A stretch of DNA of 64,000 nucleotides from the human T2T-CHM13v2.0 reference genome, Homo sapiens: the NCBI RefSeq assembly GCF_009914755.1, contig NC_060931.1; one strand, written 5' to 3'. Each line of letters starts with the position of its first letter. Position 1 is the first letter of the stretch. The notes under the pieces are model-generated. The model was not told the origin of the DNA, did no database searches, and was given only the letters and a program-made list of their open reading frames with translations. The position numbers were made by a program, and so were the translations under genes. This document shows positions 43,563-56,097 of the stretch, in pieces.

Positions 43563-43904
43563 TGTATTAATAAAGACATCCTGAGGCTGGGTAATTTAAA
43601 AAGGAAAGAGGTTTAATTGATTCACACTTCAGCAGGACTGGGAAGCCCTCAGGAAACTTACAATCATGGCAGAAGGGGAAGCAAACATGACCTTCTTCAC
43701 ATGGTGGCAGCAAGAAGTGCCAAGCAAAAGGAGAAAAAGCCCCTTATAAAACCATCAGAACTCCTGAGAACTCACCCACTATCATGAAAACAACAGCATG
43801 GGAGTAACCACCCCCATGATTCAATTACTTCCCAGCGGGCCCCTCCCAGGACATGTGGGGCTTATGGTAACTACATTGGGTGGGGATACAGCCAAACCAT
43901 ATCA
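43563..43904 (-). mobile_element. THE1 solo LTR nested in the L1
   Basis: TGTATTA...CAGGAAACTTACAATCATGGCAGAAGG...CAGCCAAACCATATCA. Confidence 0.9.
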
Positions 43905-45074
43905 GCTATCTTTTGGTTTCAAGTTGCATGGAATTTGTTTTTTTTTTTCATCCTTTCATTTCGATCTGTGTGTATCCTTAAAGGTGAAAGGGGTCTCTTC
44001 TAGCAAACGTGTAGTTGGGCCTATTATTTGTTAATATACTTTCTATCTTTTGATTGGATAATTAATCCATTTACATTCAAGGTAATTATTGATAGGTATG
44101 GACTCATTATTGTCATTTTGTTATTTTTTTCTTTGGTTGTTTTGTAGATCCTTTGTTCCTTTATTCCTCTCTTACTGTCTTCCTTTGTGATTAGGTGATT
44201 TTGTTTAGTGGTATGCTTTGTTCTTTACTTTTTATCTTTTATGTATCTACTGTAGGTTTTCGCTTTGTGGTTACCATGAGGCTTACATAAAATATCTCAT
44301 AACAGGCTGCTTTAAGATGATAATTATTTAATTTTTATTGCATAGAAAAACTCAGTATTTTTATTTTACCCATTTTATGTTAAAAAACTTTTCACTCTGA
44401 GTCAATAATGTTGATATTTTATGTTTTGATGTTTGAATCTACATCTTTTTATATTGTGTATATCTTAGCAAATTATTGTAGCTATTATTTTTAATAGTGT
44501 TGTATTTTAACCTTTACACTAAATATAAACGATCTGCACACCACTATTACAGGATTAGAATATTCTGAATTTGACTTTGTGCTTACTTTTACTAGTGAAT
44601 TTTATACTTTCATATATATTTTTGTTACTAATTAGAGTCCTTTCCTTCAGCTTGAAGAAATCTCTTTAGCATTTCTTCTAAGGCAGTTCTGGTGGTATAA
44701 ACTGTCTCAGCTTTTGTTTGCCTGGGAAGCCTTTATTTCTCCTTCATTTCTAAAGAACAACTTTGCTGAATATCAGTAGTCTTAACTGGCACGATTTCTT
44801 TTTTTTTCTTCAGCACTGTGAATATATAATCCCATTTTCTCCTGGCTTGTAAGGTTTCCACTGAGAAATAAACTGCTAGCCTTATTAGAACTCCCCTTTG
44901 TGTGATATGCTTATTTTCTCTTGCTGCTTTCAGGATCCTCCCTTTCTCTTTAATTTTTGACAGTTTGATTTTAATGTGTCTTGGTGTAGTCTCATTTGGA
45001 TTGAATCTGATTGGGGACTTTTGACCTTCCCGTACAATGATATTTATATCTTTCACCAGATTATATTACATTTT

Positions 45075-45407
<333 letters not shown>

Positions 45408-46724
45408 TTACATATTCTCCTCTTATATATTTGCAAATAACCTGTCTTCCAGTTCACAGATTCTTTTTCTTCATCAATTTTACTATTGATGCTCTCTATT
45501 GTATTTTTTATTTCATTCACTATGTTTTTCAGCTCTAGGATTTGATTTTTAAAGATAATTTTAATCTCTATTAAATTTCTCATTTCATCATTTATTGTTT
45601 TCTTGATTTCATTGAATTATTTCTCTGTATTTCCTTCAAGTTTGCCAAGTTTCCTTAGAAGAATTATTTTGAATTCTTTGTAAATCATTTCATAGATCTC
45701 AATTTCTTTAGGATTAGTTAGTGCTTTATTTCCGTTGTTTGGTGGTGTCGTTTCCCTGATTTTTCTTGAACCTTATCGGTATGTATTGGTGTCTGTTAAT
45801 TTGAATAAATAGGGACTTATTAAAATCTTTGCAGACACACTTTATCTGGAAAAACTTTTACCAGTCAGTCTGTCTAGAGATTCTGGCATGCTTTCTGGTG
45901 TGGTTCACAGGTAGAGTTACTGCTGGATTTCCCAGGGAGGCTGCCCCAGTGCCCAGGTCTATGGGGTTGTACCTGCGGTCTGCATCCACTGGGGTGGACA
46001 TGTTGATTGAGTCCACGGGGGTGGCCCTGGAGCCTGTGTTCATGAGGGTGTTCCTACAGCCTGTGTCCATGGGATCCTGCCCCAATCCTGGGTCTATAGG
46101 GACTGACCTGTTACTGCTGTGTGCTTTGAGCTTCAATCTGCAGGGGATGGGCAGGCACTAAGATGGGGCTGGAAACTGGTCTGGCACTGGGGTGGCCCTG
46201 TGGCTGAGTCTGCAGGAGCAGGCCTAGGTCCTGGGTCCACTATGGCCAGTCTGTAGCCTGGGTCGGCAGGTTTGGTTCTGGAGTCTCAGTCCATGAGGTC
46301 TGGCCTAACATTGGGGTCTACTGGATTCTGAGTCTCTGGGTTATATCCTGGAGCCAAGGATCATGGGTGTTGGCTTGGTACTTGAAGCCATGAAAGCTAG
46401 CCTGGAGCTTGGGGTCTACCAGGATAGGCCTAGACCCAAGGTCTGCTGAAGCAGGCCCGAACTGTGGGTTCACTGGTGTATAGGACCACAGCAGATGGCC
46501 TGGGGGTGTATTTTTGTGCATGTATAGTTGTTCAGATTGATGTTTCTGCAGGAGTACAAGCACTGGAAAGTCTTATTCACCATTTTGCTGACATCCAGAT
46601 CCTATAAACTTTCTTGAGGGGAAAAATTCTGTTTAATCCTATTCTTGCACGTCACATGTAGTAAGAACCTACTATGTTGAGGGCTCTGTGCTGATCTTTG
46701 GAAATAAAAAGTGAATGACTAACA

Positions 46725-47875
46725 CTTCCAAATAAATTATGTAGATACTCTGCCCTAAAAGAAGAGGTCATATCTTTGCTCCGTAAGTGTGGGCTGCGCA
46801 TAATGACTTCCTCTCAGAGAATACAGTATGTAAAGGGGAGGAAAAAGAGTAAATTTACAGTGGAGAAACCTGACAAACATTACCTCAGCCAGGCGATTAA
46901 GATCGTCATCAACAGGGACAAACCATGTTGCCTAGTATATACCCTTGATATAATGTAATGAAAATAGAACTTTATAATCTTCTTTTCCAAAATCCATCAC
47001 TTTATTTTTACCATGAGAAAAATATCAGACAAATTACTACAGAGGGGCATCCTACAAAATATCTGACTGGGATTCCTCAAAACTGTCATGGTCATAAAAA
47101 ACAAAGAAAGTCTGAGGAAGTGCCACAGCCAGAAGCCTAAAAAGACATGATCACTAAATATATTGTGGTCTCCTAGATGGGATCCTTAAACAGAAAGAGC
47201 ACATTAGTAAAAGCTAACAAAAAGAAATCTGATAAACTACGGACCTCAGTTAATAATGTACCAATACCAGTTCACTAATTGTAGAAAATGTATCATACTA
47301 AAGAAAGATGAGAATAGCAGGAGAAATTGTGTGTGTGTGTGTGTGTGTGTATGTGTGTATGTGTGTATGCATGTATATTGTTCTCTATACAGTTGGCCAT
47401 TGAATAACACAGGATTGAACTACATGGATACACTTACATGCACATTTTCTTTCACCTCAACCACCCTTGAGACACAAGACAAACGTTTCCTCTTCCTCTT
47501 CAGCTTATTCAGCGTGAAGATGAAGAGGATGAAGACATTTATGATGATTTACTTCTACTTAATGAATAATAAATATATTTTCCTTATGATTTTCATAATA
47601 AAATTTTCTTTTCTCTAGACTATTGTTTGAACACAGTATATAATACATATAGCATACAAAATGTGTGTTAATTGTTGATGTTTTGGGAAGGCTTCTGGTC
47701 AGCAGTAGGCTATTAGTAGTTTTTAAAGAGTCAAAAGTTATATGTGGATTTTCAACTTTGCAGGGGGTCTGCTCTCCTAACCCCTGTGTTGTTCAAGGCT
47801 CACTGTACTATCTTCTGAATTTCTCTGTAAATCTAAAACTGTTTTGAAAAATAGTCTATTAAAAAACTACAAAAA
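46725..47875 (+). mobile_element. L1MC-type 3'UTR fragment interrupted by (TG)n and Tigger2a
   Basis: AAGTGTGGGCTGCGCATAATGACTTCC, GTGGAGAAACCTGACAAACA motifs. Confidence 0.65.
47390..47805. mobile_element. Tigger2a/MER8-like DNA transposon
   Basis: TIRs CAGTTGGCCATTGAATAAC / GTTGTTCAAGGCTCACTG with TA target sites. Confidence 0.8.
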
Positions 47876-48431
47876 ATGTGAATGAGTTATCTTTGTCCTC
47901 TTAGAGCTCAGTTGACAAGAGACTAAAACCAGGAAAAAATTATAATATAGTGTCATATATGCAATAATATAGGTTTGAACAGAGAACATGCCAACCCAAC
48001 CAAAACTTTTAAGATAAATTATCTTTTCAACTAAATCGTAATTTAAAAATTTGAGTCTCTAGTAGCACGCAGCATGTATCTTACTCAAAGTCAGCATTCA
48101 AATGTCTAGCAGAATGATGAGGAAGACTGCTCCCATTTGTGAAATGACCTGGACATGGGATACTTAAATAATTAGACTTAAGTGAAGGTTAACTATGCCT
48201 GGTATCACCACCCTAAAAGGTGAAAATAAGTTTCAATTCAAATTTTGCCATATACATCTTTATTACACAAAATCTGTTTTAGATACCCAGTGAAATCCCA
48301 GGGGCATTTCCTTTTATGTGCTTCAGCCATACTTTACATGAAAGGTTTCTTGAGAGACAATAGAGGGAGAATTTTCCCCTTAAAGTCAATGGTAGGCAAA
48401 CAGAATCATTAAAAAAAAAAAAAAAAAAAAA

Positions 48432-48662
48432 TCAGCCTAGACACTAAAGTAAGGCCTCGTCTCTAAAAAAGTTAGTCCCAGATACTACTTGGGAGGCTAG
48501 AGGATCACTTGTGCCCCGGTCAAGGCTAGAGTGAGCCCTGATGGTACAGCTGCACTCCAGCCTGGGTGACAGAACAAGACCCTGTCTCAAAATACAAAAC
48601 AAAACAAAACAAAACAAAAAACCCCCACAAAAACCAAAACCAAAACAAACAAACAAAAAAAA
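48432..48662 (+). mobile_element. Deleted AluJ fragment with (CAAAA)n tail
   Basis: GCACTCCAGCCTGGGTGACAGAACAAGACCCTGTCTC. Confidence 0.75.
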
Positions 48663-49131
48663 CCCTCCAAAAACTTAAAGGCTGGACACTTGACCATTTC
48701 TTAACTCCATTTTGAAAGGTAAAGGGTGAAAGGTCACTAGATAGTTATATCTGGCATATATACAAATCAGAAATATCTCTACTTGAGTCAATATCATCAA
48801 TTTCATCCATGAAATGAGAACCCATTACTACGATTCGTCATGCTAACGAACAGAATCCTCAGTGTGGATAGAAAGTTAAGCAGAAGCTCTAGCACCAACA
48901 GCCTTTGGAGTATCTTTATTATTTTTTATTTTTAAATTTTTATTTAAAGCTAGCTGACCACTCCTGCAGCGTGAATTCCTGATTAGAGCAAAGTGAGGGA
49001 TAAATCTAGCCATCATACACTTTTATCCTCCTAAGAATGCTGAACTATTTTAAAAGTACAGCTACCATACCACTCCTTTTCTCGAGTTATCTTGCTGTTA
49101 TGAAATTGGTAGTCTGGCTTTATTCCTGAGG

Positions 49132-49266
49132 TTTTTGTTTGTTTGTTTGAAATGGGGGTTTCACTTTGTTGCCCAGCGTGGTCTCGAATTCCTGGGCTCA
49201 AGCAATCCTCCAGCCTCGGCTTCCCAAAGTACTGGGGTTATAGGCTTGAGCTACCGGGCCTAGGCC
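49132..49266 (-). mobile_element. FLAM Alu monomer
   Basis: Single antisense arm with (TTTG)n tail. Confidence 0.8.
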
Positions 49267-50493
49267 CTAATCCTAAATTTTAATCTTAACTCTGCCACTG
49301 TGAGACCTTGGGCAAATCACACTACTCCCATGGATCCGAGTTCTCTCCTCTAAAAATGAGGGTACTGGGTTAGGTCTTTCTTGATCTTTCCATCCATATA
49401 ATTAATCTATAAGCTTAGCTGTGTTTTAGCTGACGTAGAGGAAAACCATAAATATGAAAGCAGAGACACCAGCTTTAATTCGTTTGATGGTCAAATTACA
49501 TACACCATAAATATTAGCCTCTTTGAGTGATCAACTGTTAGCTTTAGCCAAGTATGTTTAGGATTACACTTAAAAAAATATTTTATTGTTGTACACTTCA
49601 TAAAGGAATCTACAGCTACTAGTGATGCTAGTATAGACTTCATTTATAGCAGAAAAAAAATCCCCAAGGTAAGAATACTAACCACTGAAGGAGATCACCT
49701 CGTTAATTCTCGGCCCTTCTAACTCTGCTTGCCTTCTTTCAGGGTTGGTTTCAGAGCGAATGGTCCTCTCTGTTCAGCCTTAAAACGCGGCATACCTAAG
49801 TCATGTTTCCAACAGCAGTCACCATATTCCCTCACGTTTCCCATTTGACAAACCCCAAATGTAGCATTTTTTTCTCTTAAAATTCCCTTGAATGATTCTT
49901 CAAGCTCCACGCATCTGTGGGGACGTTCCAGGTACCGCCCCACAATGCTACCTCCTCTTTAAAAGAAGTCGTTCAGCTGGGGCGGGCTGGCGCTGCGTGG
50001 CGCGCACCTGAGCGGCCGGGGCTCCCCGAGCCACGGGGGGCGCGAGAGGGCGAGGCAGCGGCCTGGCTTCTCCCCAGCACCGTTCTCTGTCACGGCCGCC
50101 GCCTGACCATCACCCCGCGCCTCGCGTGGGCATGTCTCGCTTCAGAAATCCCAAGTCGTCTTAGGTTCCCTGGTCCTTCCCCTGGGGGGGAAAAAAAACG
50201 CTGGTGCAGCCCAGAGCCCTTTTCCGCTCCACCCCGGGATGTCCTCGCTGCCCTCCCGCCTCCCGCGCGTCCTTCCCAGCGCGTCGGCCGCGCGCCCAGG
50301 TGTTCCCGCGTCCGTAATCCCCTCCGGCCCGCGCCTCCCGGCCCGCCCTGCGGGTCTCCAGCGCCTGGGCCCGCGCTCTCGCCGCGGGTCCTTCCTCCTA
50401 TCCCCACCCAGCCCCGCCCAGCCTCCGCGGCGCTGGGGCTCCCGGCCGAGCCTCTCCTCCCACCTCCGTCCCCTACTCCCTCCCCAAGAAGTG

Positions 50494-50503
50494 CTATTTT
50501 TAG
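50494..50503. promoter_or_regulatory. MEF2 binding site
   Basis: CTATTTTTAG is a perfect YTA(W)4TAR match and an isolated AT patch in GC-rich DNA. Confidence 0.75.
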
Positions 50504-50580
50504 CAAATTCTCCGCGCGCCGCCGCCCGCTCAGCTCGCAGCTCGCAGCCGCCCGCTGCCGCCCTCCCGAGCCCCCCCCGC

Positions 50581-50610
<30 letters not shown>
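50581..50610 (+). repeat. (GCG)10 / (CGG)9 trinucleotide repeat in the 5' leader
   Basis: Uninterrupted run; direct reading. Confidence 0.97.
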
Positions 50611-50611
<1 letters not shown>

Positions 50612-50803
50612 GTCCCGCACATCGCGCAGCGCGCACCGAGCCGGCCGCGCCGCGCCCGCCGCTCTCGCCGCTTTCGCCGCGGTCTCCTCCTCTAGCGCCC
50701 GCCGCGGCCGGTAAATCTCGGCTGGAGGAGCAGCGGCGGCCCCCGAGTCAACTTTCATTCCCTTTTTGCTTCTGCCTCACCATTCTCTTCTCCTCCTCGA
50801 AAG

Positions 50804-50833
50804 ATGGCTGTTTGGAGAAGGGGGAGAAGTTAA
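50804..50833 (+). CDS. Candidate uORF MAVWRRGRS*
   Basis: Only ATG in the putative exon; context aagATGG (-3A, +4G); stop TAA at 50831-50833. Confidence 0.4.
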   Translation: MAVWRRGRS

Positions 50834-53800
50834 GAGGTCGCCAGCGCGGAGCGAAGGAGGGCGCGATAGCCTCAGCAGGAGCGGGCGGAGGTGAGTGGCA
50901 CCACGGCAGAGTCCCCGGCTGGTGCTTGAGGAAAGCCCTGGGAATTGGGGGCCACCGGTCCTCAGGATGCGCCGCGGTATTCCCTTCTCGGGTTCCGCAG
51001 GTTAACAGCATCTCAGTCCGGACTCTGATGCCACTTGCCTTGCATCTCGCAGCCCGGAGACCGGTGGGTTTAAGGGAACCTTCGTCAGAAGTTGGGTGCT
51101 AGGTCATCTTTGTGGCATGCAGACCCTGACATTTGGCTAGGCAAACTGAGGCGAGCGGTCGGTGGCGTGATTCTCTCCCGCCCCCAAACACACCCAGTTT
51201 ATGTTGGAGCCGAGCTATGAATGAAAAGTTTGTACTGGCAACGTGTTGCTTGAGGGGAGCAACGCTTATTGGGGGGTACCTTTGATGTTTCGTGGAGGAC
51301 TTCAGTTTTAAGTCAATACATCAGAATCCTGGGTTTTAAGAAAAGTTCAGGAGGCTGGGGGATGGGATGGGAGATAAAGCAGTTCCTTGACTAGTGGAAG
51401 GAGAGTGATGAATCGTAAGCTTATTAAGGTAAACTGGTTAATTAGATGCCATACGAGGGTGTCACAGTGGGGACTAGAGGGAACGGAGGACGGGGGCGTT
51501 CCCTGAGCGCCTAGCAGGCTGCGTTTGTTTGGCTTTGAAGCCGTTATCCCCTTGTCCGCAATGAGAGGTGCTGGTGTCAGGCCTGTGTGTCTGTGATGTG
51601 ACAGAGCGGGACTGAGCTCTCTCCAGATCCGAGGCGCGGTTGTCAGGAGAGGTGGCCTGCAACGGAGAGCTGAGGATGCAGTTCCTGTGATGTGGACTTG
51701 GAGAATTCTCTAGTGAGTCTCCTGTGCTCCAATTTCAGGAAGATCTGTCAATTGTTTTTTCTTCCAGGGAGGTGTGTGTAATCTCCTAAAAGGAACTTTC
51801 AGCTTTAAGTAACTGTAGCATTTTGAAATCCTATAAGAAATGAGATATCTACATATATTCATTATTTCATGTATGTGGGGTGTGTATGTGTGTGTGTAAA
51901 ATATGGGAAAGGGGTAAGAAAGGCTTAAAAAGTTTAACTTCTACCAGAAAAGAAAGCGAAGAGTTAATTTTTTTCTCCCCAAATGGTATAACAATGCATA
52001 TACAACTAAATACTCTTGCTGTGCTGAGATTTCTCATAAGGAGTAAGATTTAGGAATTACAAGTATTCAGAGCACTGTCATGTTTTCAAATCTTGCAGGC
52101 ACTGTCGAAATCTGGAAAAAGGGAGTACGTACATAGAAAACCCATATTAAAGGAAAAAAACATTGAAAATCTCCCAAAAGAAAACCTTATGACATTTGAA
52201 AAGGCCTGGATGTTTTCTGATGCCCCAGAAATCTTTCTAATCCTGTAATTAAAAACAGCACAGAATAAGTTGCATTTAAGAAATCAGCAATCATGTTTAA
52301 AGGATATCTTTTGACCTTCTTTTTCGTACTTTTGATTTTTATTATGGAAATTATTGTGACTGAAAATTTGTTGTTTAATATATTTGCCTTTTACCACAGA
52401 TAATTAGTCTTCCTTATCCTTTTAAACCACTGTTCCAGTTTGGACCAATTTAATTCCCCAAACATCAAATTACTGATGTTCCTTCTGGAAACCATTTATG
52501 TTTAAAATGGCTAATAAGAATATTATATTTCCAAAACAACATAATTTAGTCAGTTGTAAAACTTGCTTGTAATTTATTCTCATCCATTTTGTTTGAATGG
52601 GGCACATTTGAAGAAGAGCAGCATTTTCTTAGAATATGCCATTTTCTGTGTGGGAAAAAGCTAGTGTTTTCATATATGTTTTAGCTATTAAACAGATGCA
52701 TGTAAGGTGGCAATCCTGTCTGACCTTTGATAAACTGCCAGCCAGAGGGAGAGAGATGCTTTCTTAGCTGTGCTAGTGAATTGATAATCTTTACTACAAA
52801 ATGGACACGGTTAGATGCACATAAGGTTGTGCAGAAGGAAGTTAAGGAGTTTTAAATTAAATACCAGTTTATGGGTAGGAGACAGATTTTTTTTTTTAAC
52901 CTTGATCTTCCTGTTTCTTTCTTTCTGCAGTTCAGCCTGTTGGGCTGGCCTTTATTGGAGAGTCAGACCAGCACTCTGACTAGAGAGTGTTTAGCACATT
53001 AAAGTGCTGTCTTTTGTAGAAATAATGATGGCTCTTTTGCAATTAAAAGGTAATTTTATACATGCTTATAGATTTTTGTGATTGTTTGGTGACCAAATTA
53101 AGCATAACCGTTATTATGGTAGAAAGAGTTGTTTTATGAAGTTATTGCCACTATATATAAATAATTATATATTTAAGATATAGATGAATTCTATTTGAGG
53201 TTTAGGAGTTTTGAATCTTAAGGCCAGCTGACCAGATATAAACCTATTTAATTAACTAATTTGAATGACACCAGAATTCAGATTTTTATTAATATCTACA
53301 TCTAGGTTTATGTAGCTTTCCTTTCTTTTTATTAGAATTACTTCTTTTTTGAATTTGTTTAAATATTACAACATATTACATTATAATTTGTACACACTCA
53401 GTGGGGAAGGTGCAGGTTATTCTTAAATAGAGATGTGGAGAAATAGCTAACAAGGAGAGTCATTTGAGAAACATATGGACATCATAAAATCCTTCTGTAT
53501 GTAGCATCTGTACCTTCTCATTAGTGAAATATTGTAGTTATGGACATTTTTTGTTATTACATCCAAATGTGGCTTTTTATTTTTGCTTCATTGGTTTTTT
53601 TTTGTTTGTTTTAAAATACAATTTGTATTACTGTTTAAGTTGGTGGGGGCTCTTACTGCTTGAAGCCTTTTGCTTTCAATAGACATCATACTTAATTTTT
53701 ATTGCATGCATCTGCAGATATATACAATTGTTTCCCAGTTTGTTATTATAATTCTTACACTTTTTGGTGATTCCTCAAAACATTTGAGAGATAAGTAGGG

Positions 53801-55254
53801 TGACATATTGTTCTCATTTTAGGAAGGAGGCGGCAGGTACACTGATATACCCAACGTTACACCATAGTGAATCAGTGTGAAGCTGAGCTTAACATCTATA
53901 TTTCCTGTATTTTAATTATGAGAGCAAGCTGCTCCTGTGTCTTATGATAACTTCATAAATTTATGTATTTCTAGATTTTTAAAGTGGTCATCTTTATACA
54001 TGTGCAGATCAGATTTTAAATCAGTCAATATAGTCATAAGGGGATGGATCATACTGTTGGCCTGTTGATGGGAGAGAACCATGACTCTAATAGCTACTGC
54101 TGAAATAAACAAAGAAGCACACACACCTCTGCAGAATATTTGTTCTTGCAATCAATCCATAGTCCACATATTTCTCTGCCCTGCTGGCCTCACCCTATCA
54201 ACTACCTACTGCCCTTTTACTGATCAAAGCAGTTCTTAAAGTTTATCAGCACAGTTGTCAAGCTTGAGGATCATCAGCCTCACTGGCAAGAAAAGTCAGA
54301 ACCTGATTTTTGGGAAGAGAGAGTATTGACGGGGGACAGTAATGGAGTGTTCACTCCAGAGGCAGCCAGTAATGGTCAGAGATCATATTCTGGGTGTCGG
54401 GATGTCTATTTCTCTCATCAGCTCTGCTTCTTTGGCCGAACTTACAGGTATCAAAGTGAACAGAAGGTTTATGGAATTATCTAGTCATTTCTTTCCATGT
54501 AGATCTCATATCTGAATAAATCAGACTTTTTTTAAAAAAAAGAAAAGGACAGAAACTTGTTCTTTTTCTTCATCTCACCAAATCTCCTCTCCTTCAAATC
54601 CCACTAGAATTTTTTTAGGATAATTGCCCACATGATTTGTAACACTAAAGTGATAGACTTCTGATATTGCATTATTACACTTAACAGTGGAATATATTAT
54701 CCAGCTTGCAGAAGGAAGCATTGTAATTCTGTAGATAATGGTAATATGTAATCTTATGCAAGTATTTTTGAATAAGCAGACAGTACCAAGAGCTCTCCAT
54801 TAAGCTAATATGTATATTCTTACTCTTCCATTCCCTAAATTACAAATGGTTTATAGGAGCTCATCCAAATCATTAAGTATCAAGTACTGAAAAAAAGTTC
54901 AGATGTGGTTTCCTGTTTACTATGGTGAATTTTGTTTAGAGCTTCAAAGAGAGGAAAACTACTATCTATTGTTTGCTGCACCAGAGAGAGTATAACGTGT
55001 TTCTGGTGAGCTTGAGGAGCATTGAGGTTGCTGGAAATGGTACTTTCTTCACATCTCTACAGAAGCTGTGATAAGAAGGAGATGGGTGTGGACTGGTTTA
55101 GTTCTAGTACAGTAGTGATGACTGGAATTTGAAGTGACCACTGAAAGGGTAAGATTTGGATAGTCTGTGTGTCACTCAAGGTATTCAGTAGCAAGTCATG
55201 GAAACTAACTTAGTTAATATAAGCATCAAATAAATTTATTAGAGGATATTGACT

Positions 55255-55752
55255 TTGTTTTCTCTTGCTGTGTAACACATTTCCACAAATTTAGCAGCTT
55301 AACACAACACCCCTTTATCATATCAGTTTCATTGCTCAGAAGTCCACACATAGCTCAACTAGGTCCTCTGGCCAGAGATCTTCTCCCATGTTGGCTAGGG
55401 CTGCAATCCCAACAGAAGATCAATAGGAAAAGATCCACTTTCAAGCTCTTTTCTATTATTGGCAGAATTTATCTCATAGTGGCTGTAGGACTGAGGCCTC
55501 CATTTTCTTGCTGGCTGTCATTCAGAGGCTGCCCTTAACTCTTAGAGGCTGCTGTTATTCTTTGCCATGTGGCCCTCTCATAGGTACTGTTACAACATGG
55601 CATCTTACTTTTTTAAAGCTAGCAAGGAAGTCTCTCTTGCTCCAGTCTGATAAGAAAGAGTCTTATATACTATAATATAATAGTGAGAGAGTGACATCAG
55701 GCTATACAAGGGCATGACTCCTTGGAGGTCAGCTTAGGGTATGTCCACCACA
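55255..55752 (-). mobile_element. MLT1D/E-like MaLR LTR
   Basis: TTGCTGTGTAACA...CCACAAATTTAGCAGCTTAA; GGCTGTAGGACTGAGG; TTGAC repeated on both flanks. Confidence 0.75.
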
Positions 55753-55780
55753 TTGACTAGCTCATAGAATCTCTGGTGTA

Positions 55781-56097
55781 GGGTGGGCACAGTGGCTTAT
55801 GCCGGTAATCCCAGCACTTTGGCAGGCCAAGGCAGATGAACTGCTTGAGTCCAGGAGTTCAAGATCAGCCTGGGCAACATGGCGCGACCCTGTTGCTACA
55901 AAAAAATGCAGAAAAAATTACCTGAACGTGATGGTGTGTGCCTGAAGTCCCAGCTAGTTGGCAGGCTGAGGTGGGAGGATCACCTGAGTCTGGGAATTTG
56001 AGGCTACAGTAAGCCATGATCGTGCCACCATGCTCCAGCCTGGGCAACACAGTAAGACCCTATTTTTCTTTCTTTCTTTTTTTTTTTTTTTAAAAAA
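55781..56097 (+). mobile_element. AluJ with a T-rich tail
   Basis: Sense Alu; TSD AGAA(T/C)CTCTGGT. Confidence 0.88.

Larger units (their letters stand above)
50520..50890 (+). other. HDAC9: Non-coding first exon (5' end approximate), probably the distal exon 1 of HDAC9
   Basis: Lies in the CpG island and ends at GAG|GTGAGT. Gene name rests on recalled similarity of the exon end (GATAGCCTCAGCAGGAGCGGGCGGAG) to the HDAC9 upstream-promoter transcript; not verified by alignment. Confidence 0.55.
49950..51200. promoter_or_regulatory. CpG-island promoter
   Basis: Abrupt switch to very high GC and CpG density; GC boxes (GGGGCGGG ~49979, GCCCCGCCC 50411). Confidence 0.95.

Noticed and set aside
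49917-51102. Long + strand ORFs (265 aa and 287 aa) over the CpG island as protein-coding genes
   Set aside because: Low-complexity Pro/Ala/Arg/Gly content typical of GC-rich DNA; they start upstream of the presumed TSS and one runs through the splice donor
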